DNA of 64,000 nt, from positions 329,356 through 393,355 of the forward strand of contig JAPMXV010000067.1 of NCBI GenBank assembly GCA_026936335.1, in the 5' to 3' direction. Each line of letters opens with the position of its first letter. Positions within the stretch are counted from its first letter, which is position 1. This document shows, in pieces, positions 50,901-59,986 of the stretch. The notes below the pieces were generated by a model. That model had not been told where the DNA came from. It did no database searches and saw only the letters and a list, made by a program, of their open reading frames with translations. A program made the translations under genes and the position numbers. The DNA comes from Mantamonas sphyraenae STR306. Its lineage: Eukaryota; Protista; CRuMs.

Positions 50901-53900
50901 TCAAAGGAAATCCTTGAAAATCTTGGCAATCATGGAAACGCTGACAATCTGGATGTCGGAGCCGCTCTTGACGATGGCTTCGGCACCCTCGGCGAGCTCT
51001 GCAAGGAGGTCGCCGACCATGCCGGCGTGCTCGCCCTCGATGACGCGTACGGTGTCGCCCTTCTTTGGAGCGACGGCAGACAGAGCGTCGCTTGTGACGT
51101 TTACAAATTCGTCCTTGGACTGGAGGTAGACCTTCCACGTGGCCGAAGCCTGGTCGTACTGGCGCACGACGCCCTCCTCGCCAATGAATGCGCTGGCGAC
51201 GTCGTTCTCTTCGGATTCTTTGATGCGCACAGCCATACCGACCGAGACCCAACCGCTGGGGCCTTCCTGAGCGGCGGAGGTGGTGGAAGTTGTTGTTGTG
51301 GAGGTTGTGTCTGTGGCCATTGGGTCACCTGCGCCCGGTGCAGGCGTGCTTGGCATGGGCGTGTTGACCATGGGTGTGTTGACCATGGGTGTGTTGACCA
51401 TGGGTGTGTTGACCATGGGTGTGTTGACCATGGGCGTGTTGACCATTGGGGTGCTGCCGTAGGCGGGTGTGTTGACCATGGGCGTGTTGGCCATGGGTGT
51501 GTTTGGCGTGGCGCCGACGGCCGGGGTGTTGACATTCATCGGGGTGGAAGCAATGCCAGGAGTCTGTACGCCGATGCCCGGGGTTTGGGCCATGCCCATG
51601 GGGGTGCCCGTGTTGCCCATGCCAAAGGGAGTAAACGGAGTACCGCTGGAGTAGAGAGGCGTGTTGCCGGAAAACACAGAGCTGCCGCCCGGGGTGTAGG
51701 CAGACGGGGTCATGCTGGAAGGAGTGGTGCCGGTAGAATCGGCACCCGGGGTGTTGCCAAAGGCGGAACCGCCGACGTTGGGTGTGGCGGAACCGTCCAT
51801 AAAGGCGCTGGAGGGCGTTGCGCCTCCTCCCCAAACGCCAGCGGACATCCCCGAGTCTTCGGCCCACTCGTTTCCACGCGCAGGGGTCTGCGGGGCGTTT
51901 GCGTTCCACGGGTTGTGGGACGGGGTTTCTGAGCCGACGCCCGTGTGGAGAGGGGTGGCAGAGCCGAGATGGAGCGGTGTTTCGTCGCCACGCATCGGGG
52001 TGCGTCCTCCTTCACCGTACATGGGAGTCTGGGAGCCACGGGGAGCCACGAGATCGGCCTCCATGGCACGACCTGAGCCGAGGGCGCCCACGCGTTGGAG
52101 GCGCTTCTTGTCGATGGTGACGACCTTGTTCTTGGCTTCGATTTCGACGTCTGCGTTGCGGCCAGTGGTCTTGCGGACGTAGGCGGTGAGGCCTTTGTAG
52201 GGCCCGCTCTTGATGATGACCTTCTTGTGGAGGAGGTCGTCGCGCTGGTTGGGACGTGCGTAGAGTTCGCGGAGGTCGTCGTTGATAGAGTTTGCAGAGG
52301 AGGAGGCGGAGGAGGTGGACATCATGTCGCCGCGAGCAGGAGTCTTGAGGGCAGCGCCTGGGCTCATCATGGCGAGACTGAGGGCAGTGGACTGTTTGGC
52401 GGCGAGTTGGCCTCCGACCTTCTTCACCTTTCGGTTGCGCACGACGATGATGCCGCCGTTCTCGATGAGGTCACGGCAGTGGAGGAAGGAAAAGGAACGG
52501 AACATCTGTTTGATGACGCCCTTGCGGTTGCGATGGGGCCCGTCGATGACGATGACGTTGTCCTTGACGCGGATGGGGTTGTCGTCCTTGTCCCTGGAAG
52601 TGACACGGCGAGAACTCTTCTTGCGGCCCATCTGGTGCATCTCGAGGCTGTGGAGGCGGCCTTCCTGGTCGAGGACCTTGAAGCCCTTGCGTTCGACGCG
52701 TACAATGACGCCGACAGTCTGCGGGTCGAGCATGATCATGTCGTGGAGGGAGTACTTGCCGAGGGTGTCTGCACCGGGCATGATGTCTGGGGCCATCTGG
52801 GCATCCTGGGCAAAGACGCGGATTTCGTGCATGTTTGAGTCTGAAAAGACGACGATGAGGTCGTCCTCGACACGCAGCACCATGCCAGTTTCGCCTTCGC
52901 TGTCGCCCTGGATGATTTTGACGTGGTCGCCTACGACAAAGTGTTTGCGGAGATCGGCTGTCTGGAACTGGAGCGGGGTGTCGTCGAGGCCCTCGTGCTG
53001 GGGCACCATCTGGATCATGTCGCCCTGGACGCTGTGGACGACGCCTGTGAGGTTGCGCAGCTCGCCGGAGATGACGATGACGCGGTCGCCAACGTCGTAG
53101 TGGACCTGTTTGCGTACGTCGCGCACGGTGGGCACCTCGTCGAGGGCGTCGGAGGCGCCTTCAAAGAGCTGGAGTTCGGCGACTTCGGGGACGACGTCTT
53201 TGGTCTGGACGGTCTTGACGGAGACCTCCTTCTCGAGGAAGCCGTCGAGGAAGCGCTGGTTCTCCCAGATGTACCATGTGTTTGCGAGGGAATCCTTTGT
53301 CTCGCTGACAGAAGCGTTTGCTGCGCGGAGGGCCTCTGGGTTGAAGAGGCGCTGGGGCGCACGTGCGGACTTTGCAGACTTTGCGCGCTTCTTGCCCTTG
53401 ATGACGTCGATGTTCATGGTGTCTTCGTCGGCTTGACGAGCGAGGTCAGCGTAATCGATGCGTGGGACGACCCGGACGACGATCCGTGAGCCGCCCTCGA
53501 GGACCCGGACGACCTTTGCGAGGTCGCCCTTGTAGACATCACGGCGCATACGCACCCAATCGCCCGGTTTGAGGTCTGCGCCGCGTGGCTGGCTCTTGAG
53601 GACGCCGGGCATCTGGTCGCGTGGGACCATGCGCATCTTTGTGCGGTAGACAAACTGCATGTTTTCGAGGGCCTTGCGAACATGTGGCTCGCGGTAGGCT
53701 TCGACGTAGAAGAAGCCGCGCATGTGGTCGAGGCAGAGGACGGAGACGATGTGCAAGGGCTGGCCTGCGGCAAGGCGCTGAAAGTACTTGTTCATGAGCG
53801 AGGCGCAGATGAGGCGCTCCTTGCCGCTCTTGCACTTGACCATCCACATGGACGGGTCCTGGACGGTGGGCAGAAGACGTTCCTTCTGCACGGCGCCGCT

Positions 53901-54786
53901 CTTTTCCTGCTGGCGACGCAGACGCTCGCGTTCCTCGAGCATGCGCACCTGCTCCTCCTCGTTGCCTTCGTCGTCGTCGAGCTCCTGAAAGGCACGGCGA
54001 CGCTCTGCGTATGTTTCATCGTCGGCATCGACTTCATCTGTGGAGTGTGTGTGTAGAGGGGGCGTAGGACGTGTGTTGGGGTGAGCGGACGGGGCGGGAG
54101 CGAGTTGACGTGCAAAGGCAAGGGAGGGAAAGGCAGAGTGGAGAGCAAAGCGGGCGTAGGGGGGGCGTGTGTGGAAAGGGAAAGGGCAGGTGGAGGAGGG
54201 GATATGGGAGGAGGGTGTATGGGGAGGGGGGTGGGCGCGTGGAGGGAGGAGGAGATGGCGTGGAAGGAGGAGGGACGGGGTGGGAAAGGGGGACCGTACC
54301 CTCGATGTCGTCGATGGCGCCAAGGCCGGCCTCCTCAGCGGCAAGAAGGGCTTCTTCCTCCTCGTCCTCTTCGGCAACGTCAGCAACGTCATCGATAAAG
54401 CGGGCGACACGCGTCTTCTTCCTGGGCCTGTTGAGGGCAGCGACGTGATCCTGTTCATCGTCGTCGTCGTCGTCGTCTTCATCGTCGTCGTCGTCGAGGT
54501 CGTCCAGATCATCAAAGTCGTCGGGCTCGTCGTCGCCGCTAGGCTCATCTTCGTCGGCAGGGGCTTCCTCTGCTTCGCTGTCTGCGTCGGCAGCACGTGC
54601 AGAGGGGCGGGAGGCGCCTGCGTCTGAGGAGGCGTCTGAGGAGGCGTCGTCCTGGAGGGCGGCGCGCCTGCCACGCGGCTTGGCGTCGGGAAGGACGAGG
54701 TCGTCGTTGTCATCGTCCGAACCGACGCCGTCCTCGTCCAGTTGATCACGGGCACGTTTGCGGGAGGAAGGTGTGTCTGTGCTCAT
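50901..54786 (-). CDS. SPT5: Transcription elongation factor SPT5; one intron ~54039-54299
   Basis: Acidic N-terminus, [20 protein letters not shown] (NGN), several KOW motifs ([13 protein letters not shown]), TP-rich C-terminal repeats, terminal KOW pair. Confidence 0.96.
51355..51500 (-). repeat. 15-bp tandem repeat encoding (TPMVN)n in the SPT5 C-terminal repeat region
   Basis: GTGTTGACCATGGGT repeated about 6-7 times on the + strand. Confidence 0.9.
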
Positions 54787-54851
54787 GGGGGGGGGTGGGT
54801 GAAGTTTGGCTGGGTGCGCAAGGGGAGGCACTAGATTCAACACGAAAAGAG

Positions 54852-56237
54852 ATGAGCAGCAACGAGACGAGCAAGAACAAGGTGACGATCATCGGGTCGG
54901 GCAATTGGGGCTGTGCGGCAGCACGTCTGGCGGCGCTGAACGCGGCGGAGCTGGACGAGTTTGATACGACGGTGCGCATGTGGGTGTACGAGGAGATGGT
55001 GGAGGGGGAGAAGCTGAGCGAGATTATCAACACGCGTCACGAGAACGTGAAGTATCTGGCTGGCGTGGAGCTGCCAGAGAACCTTGTGGCGGTTCCGGAT
55101 CTGATTGAGAGCGTGGAAGGGTCGAACCTGCTGGTGTTTGTGACTCCGCATCAGGTGAGGACGGGGGTGGTGGGAGGAAGGGGGAGGAGGAGGGGGGGAG
55201 GAGAGGGGGGGGAAGGAAGGGGGAAGGGAGGAGAAGGGGGAAAGCGGATCGGGAGGGCCTGTGCTTTTCGGGGGGTTGGGGCGCGTGGAGCTAGAGCTGA
55301 CACAGGATGAGGGGTGGGACAGTTTGTGCAACGTCTGTGCAACCAAATCAAGGAGAGCGGGAAGCTTGCGGAAGGAGCGACGGCCATTTCGCTGATCAAG
55401 GGGCTGGACTACGACGAGAACGGACCGATTCTGATTTCGAAGCTGATTTCCGACTCGCTGGGCATCGACACGTGCGTGCTGTCTGGAGCAAACATTGCAG
55501 ACGAGGTGGCGCGGGACAAGTTTGCCGAGGCGACCATCGGGTACAGCGTGGAGGAGAACGCCAAGGTGTACAAGGCTCTGTTCCATCGGGATATGTTCCG
55601 AGTAAGTTTTGTGCAGGTGTGGAAGTGGCAGGGAGTGGGCAGTGGCCACTGACACGCAAGGAATGGTGTGCAGATCAACATTGTGCCAGACGTGATTGGC
55701 GTGCAACTGTGCGGTGCGCTGAAGAACATTGTGGCGCTGGCAGCCGGGTTCTCGGACGGGCTCGGGTACGGGTCGAACACCAAGAGTGCGCTGATGCGCA
55801 TTGGGATGATGGAGATGCAGGAGTACAGCCGGCTGTTTTATGGTGATGAGGGGATCAGCGACCGCACGCTGCTGGAGAGCTGCGGGATGGCGGACTTGAT
55901 CACGGTGAGTTGCAACGGCAGGTGGAGGGAGGTGCGGGAGGGGGATGAGGGTGGCTGGGTGCTGACACGGTGTGGTGGCGAGAAGACTTGCTTCAATGGG
56001 AGGAACCGCAAGTGCGCAGAGGCGTTTGTGACCAAGACGGCAGGGGAGACGTGGGAGGAGATTGAGAAGGAGCTGTTGAACGGACAGAAGCTTCAGGGGA
56101 CGCTGACGCTGAAGGAGGTGGTTCACACGCTGGAGGGCAAGGGCGACAAGGCGTTGGAGCAGTTTCCTCTGTTTGCAGCGCTGTTCAAGATTGCGTTTGA
56201 GGGTGTGGCGGTGGAGGAGATGCTTGCGCTCGTGTAA
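54852..56237 (+). CDS. GPD1: NAD-dependent glycerol-3-phosphate dehydrogenase; three introns
   Basis: [18 protein letters not shown]|[35 protein letters not shown]|TCFNGRN, NGQKLQG. Confidence 0.96.
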
Positions 56238-56271
56238 GCAGGGTGAAGCGCAGTCGATCGAAATTAAAACG

Positions 56272-57990
56272 ATGGTGTTGAAGCAACGCAAGAAACAAGT
56301 GAAAGTGGAGGAGGAGGAGGAGGTTGTGATTGAAGGAGACGTGAAGGAGGAGCCGGCAAAGGCGGCGGGCAACTCCGACGCGGAGTTTGGGAGAAAGGTG
56401 GTGCCGTTGGTGCTGTTTGTGGTGCTGCTGGGCGTATACTTGGGGAATGGAGACTTTCTGCCCGGGAACGACGCGGTGGCAAACGTAGTGTTGCCGCTGC
56501 AGGTGCTGGCGACGGGGAGGCCCGTGTTTGGGCCGCAAAGCCATCCGTACATGTTTACGTGGAGGCTGGACGGGAAGCCCGTGTTTGTGTGGCGGATGGA
56601 CAAGGAGGTGGGGGAGAGCAAGACGTCTGGGATGGCGCTGGCGCGTGCAGGACGGCTGCAAGTTGTGGCGCCTCGGTACTTTGTGCTGCGGAGCGAGCAG
56701 GGCAACGGGCAGGAGTTTGTAAACACGTTTGGGCTTGGCGCTGGTCTGACAGCATTGCCTGCAATGGCCATGGTGTGGGCTGGGCACGGGTTTGACGCGG
56801 AGGCTGTGCACGGGAACAGGGTGCTGCTTGCACAGCTGTCCAAGACGGTGGCTAGCGTATGCGTAGCGTTGTCTGTGGTGTTTGTGTATCTAACGTTGAT
56901 GGAGGAAGACGGGATGGGGTGGAAGGTGGCCGGAGCGGCCGCATTGGTGTATGGGGTGGGCACGGGCGTGTGGCCGCTGGCGAGCCAGGCGTTGTGGCAG
57001 CACGGGCCGAACGAGATGTACCTGGCCATGGGTATGTATTGGATGCAACGTAGCCGTGGGGGTCATGTGGGGCCTGCTGTGGGCGCATCGTTTGCGCTGT
57101 CCATGGCGGTTGTGACTCGGCCGACGAGTGCCGTGGTGGCGGTGTTGTTCACGGGTGTGATGGCGATGCGACGGGAATGGCGTGCGTTTGCAGCGTATTG
57201 TGTGCCTGCAGCCGTGCTGGGCGCATGCCAGCTGGCGTACAACGCGCACTATTTGGGCGGCACTCTGCGGTTTGGGCAAACGGTAGCGGCAGAACAGCTT
57301 GTGGGCGGGAAGAGCAGCACGGGTGAGGTGTGGGGCACGCCGTTGGGGCTTGGGTTGGCGACGCTGCTTGTGTCTCCTGCTCGTGGGCTGGTTGTGTACA
57401 GCCCGTGGGTGGTGTGGGTGGCAGCGGCAAGCAGTCAAGTGGAGTGGAAGCGGACGGGGGCCCTTGTGTGGGCGTGTGTGGGCAGTGTGGGTGTGTTGTG
57501 GGTAGCTGCAGCCAAGTTTTTCGACTACTACGGCGGGTGGTGCTTCGGGCCGCGGCCGCTGGTGGACACGATGCCGCTGGTGGCAGTGATTGGCGGTGTG
57601 GTGGGGCGTGCGGTTGTGGACGGGAAGAGCAAGCGGAAGATGGTGTGGTTGGGTAGCTTTGTATTGCTGGTGGCCGTGTCTGTGTATGTGCAGTGGGTGG
57701 GGGCGTACGCGTACAATGGAGTGTCGTGGAACGCGGCGGCCGGGTGGGAGAGCCGGCTGGAGAACGGGATGCGGTACAGCAGCCGGACGCGGGCCATGGC
57801 GGCGCAGTGGGCTCGGTTGAATGGAGGCAGCACGCCACAAAAGGTGATGATGAACATCGACCGGGAGCACAACCGATGGCGGCTGTGGGACTGGGGGACG
57901 TCGCCGATTGTGATGTACGCGCAGCAGTTTGAACAGGGACGTGCGCTGAAGCGGAAGCTGATGGAAAGATGGTTGAGTGGGCAGATGTGA
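56272..57990 (+). CDS. Polytopic membrane protein, GT-C-fold glycosyltransferase-like; intronless
   Basis: Ten or more TM segments; acidic residue in loop 1 (GNDA); SQALWQHGP, VTRPT, LLVSPARGLVVYSPW, GGWCFGPRPL motifs recalled from bacterial GT-C-like proteins. Confidence 0.6.
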   Translation: MVLKQRKKQVKVEEEEEVVIEGDVKEEPAKAAGNSDAEFGRKVVPLVLFVVLLGVYLGNGDFLPGNDAVANVVLPLQVLATGRPVFGPQSHPYMFTWRLDGKPVFVWRMDKEVGESKTSGMALARAGRLQVVAPRYFVLRSEQGNGQEFVNTFGLGAGLTALPAMAMVWAGHGFDAEAVHGNRVLLAQLSKTVASVCVALSVVFVYLTLMEEDGMGWKVAGAAALVYGVGTGVWPLASQALWQHGPNEMYLAMGMYWMQRSRGGHVGPAVGASFALSMAVVTRPTSAVVAVLFTGVMAMRREWRAFAAYCVPAAVLGACQLAYNAHYLGGTLRFGQTVAAEQLVGGKSSTGEVWGTPLGLGLATLLVSPARGLVVYSPWVVWVAAASSQVEWKRTGALVWACVGSVGVLWVAAAKFFDYYGGWCFGPRPLVDTMPLVAVIGGVVGRAVVDGKSKRKMVWLGSFVLLVAVSVYVQWVGAYAYNGVSWNAAAGWESRLENGMRYSSRTRAMAAQWARLNGGSTPQKVMMNIDREHNRWRLWDWGTSPIVMYAQQFEQGRALKRKLMERWLSGQM

Positions 57991-58001
57991 GATGGGAACG
58001 A

Positions 58002-59858
58002 TTAGGAGGAGGGGAGGTCGGGTCGCCAGAGGGACAGGGAGCGGTCAAAGCCCGCAGAGACAAGTGTATCCTCTTCTGGGTCCCATGCAGTTGCGCAAAC
58101 AATGCTCTTGTGTGTGCTGCTAAGCTTGGCTAGGCGGGTGCCGTCGGAGCGGTAGATCTTGACGGTGCCGTTGTTGAGCGGGACGGCGAGGCGCCCCGAG
58201 CGTTGGCCGACGGAGAAGCGCGTGACGCCCGCGCCGCAGTCGATGGTGGTGAGGGGCGTGCGGATCTGAGAGCGGACGTCCCAGATCTTGAGGAGGTGGT
58301 CGTCGCCTCCAGAGACGAGGAATTGTGCGCTGTGGTTGTCCGAGTCCATGAAACAGGCGTTTGTGACGGCGCCGCTGTGTTCAGTCCAGGCCTGGCTCTG
58401 GCGGCCGCTTGCGCGAAGGTCCCAAAGGCGGAAGGAGGAGTCACGGCTGCTGGTGACGACGAGGGGTGCGTTGCGGCTGCAGTGGATGTTTGTGAGCTCG
58501 CGGGTGTGGCTCTCGAGGGTCTGGAGGCACTGGCCTGTCTCACTGCTCCAAATGCGCGCACTGGCATCCCAAGAGGCTGTGGCAATCTGGTCAAACTGCC
58601 AGACCCAGCTGGCGGCCTGGACGACGCGCTGGTGTCCTTTGAGGGCGAGGGTAGGGCGACGCAGCGTGACGGTCTCGAGGGCGGGCTCGTCCGCAGCAGG
58701 CTCGGCAACTGTGGAAGCTTCTGTCTCGTCACGATGCCTGTCTGCGTCGAGGTCGTCCAAGGCGTAGGTCTGGGTCGGGGAAGGCGAAGAGGAGGAAGTG
58801 GTGGAGGAGGAGGAGGAGGAATTGGTGGATGGGTTTGCGGCGTCCACTTGGTCGAGCTGCTCTTCAAAGGACTTTGTGACGAGGGGGCTCCACAGGCGAT
58901 GCGGGGCGTCGTCGGCGGTGTGCTGGGCGTCGCTGGCGTCGTCCTGAGGCTTTGCGGGAGGGAGGTCGACGGACGGGGTGCCGGAGGCAGAGAGGCCAGA
59001 GGAGGCATTGTCATAGGCGCGGCCGGCAGAGGCGTTTGAGTCTGCGCTCTTGGAACGCTTGTGGGAGCGGCGACGAGGTGGGGAGAGGGCTACGGATGAG
59101 TCGAGAATGGCCTGGATAGACGGGAGACGGACGATGTGGCACTCGCGGTCGCCCGAGGCGGTGAGAAGGAGGCGTTGTGTGGGGTGGAGCATGACGGAAT
59201 TGACGGAACCCCTGTGGCCGACATAGGCAAAGAGGGCGCGAGCGAGATTAAGGTCCCAGACGCGCGCAGTGGCGTCGACAGAGCCGGAGCAGAAAATGGA
59301 CGGGTCCCACTCGCAGGAATTGATGTGCCAGACGCCGTCCTTGTGGCCGACAAGCTCGCCCATGCAGGGCCAGTCGTCGCGGCGCTCCTTGAGGTTGGCC
59401 AGCTTTTTGCGGCCTGCTTTCCACGTGGCTTGCAGCTTTTCCTTTGCATTTGGCTGGACGGTGGAGTCTGGAATGGAAAAGGCGTTGGTGGGGTCTGCGG
59501 ATGAGGCGCTTGGTGTCGCCGGGGTTGTTGTGATGACGACGGGGGCGGCCGGGGAGGTCGGGGTGTCTGGAGGGGAGGTTGTCGGGTTGGTGGTGGAGGA
59601 GGTGGAGGAGGTGGAGGAGGTGGAGGAGGTGGTGGATGAGGAGGTGGAGGTGGAGGAGGAGGAGGTGGTGGTGGTGGTGGAAGGTGGCGTCGCAGTCGCC
59701 CAGTGAGAGAATGGGGAGGTGGGGATTGCGCCTGCTTCAAAGTCGGCGAGGCGGCGTCGGAGGGCGTCGTTCTCGGCGTAGAGGTCAGCAAACTCGCGTT
59801 CCAGGCGGAGGAATGTGTCCTGGAGGGAGTGGTAGAATGGGTGGGATTTGTGGGCCAT
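58002..59858 (-). CDS. WDR37: WD40-repeat protein WDR37-like
   Basis: N-terminal coiled coil FLRLEREFADLYAENDALRRRL; GHKDGVW, YVGHRGSVNSV, LTASGDRECHI, ATASWD, VTSSRDSSFRLWD. Confidence 0.88.
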   Translation of the reverse strand: MAHKSHPFYHSLQDTFLRLEREFADLYAENDALRRRLADFEAGAIPTSPFSHWATATPPSTTTTTSSSSTSTSSSTTSSTSSTSSTSSTTNPTTSPPDTPTSPAAPVVITTTPATPSASSADPTNAFSIPDSTVQPNAKEKLQATWKAGRKKLANLKERRDDWPCMGELVGHKDGVWHINSCEWDPSIFCSGSVDATARVWDLNLARALFAYVGHRGSVNSVMLHPTQRLLLTASGDRECHIVRLPSIQAILDSSVALSPPRRRSHKRSKSADSNASAGRAYDNASSGLSASGTPSVDLPPAKPQDDASDAQHTADDAPHRLWSPLVTKSFEEQLDQVDAANPSTNSSSSSSTTSSSSPSPTQTYALDDLDADRHRDETEASTVAEPAADEPALETVTLRRPTLALKGHQRVVQAASWVWQFDQIATASWDASARIWSSETGQCLQTLESHTRELTNIHCSRNAPLVVTSSRDSSFRLWDLRASGRQSQAWTEHSGAVTNACFMDSDNHSAQFLVSGGDDHLLKIWDVRSQIRTPLTTIDCGAGVTRFSVGQRSGRLAVPLNNGTVKIYRSDGTRLAKLSSTHKSIVCATAWDPEEDTLVSAGFDRSLSLWRPDLPSS

Positions 59859-59986
59859 GGATTGTGTTGGAGGGGCGGGGGAGGAGGAGTGGAAGGAGAG
59901 AGTGGGAGGGTGAGTGGGATGGTGTTGGGGGTGGGTGAGGAGGGAAGGGTGAGTGGGATGGTGTTTGGGGGAGGAGGAAGGGGATT

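Noticed and set aside
51355-51500. Regular short repeats that could suggest a CRISPR array
   Set aside because: No unique spacers; they are in-frame SPT5 repeats in a eukaryotic gene.
54837-57029. 730-aa minus-strand ORF
   Set aside because: Antisense to GPD1 and the GT-C gene and runs through introns; no recognisable domain.
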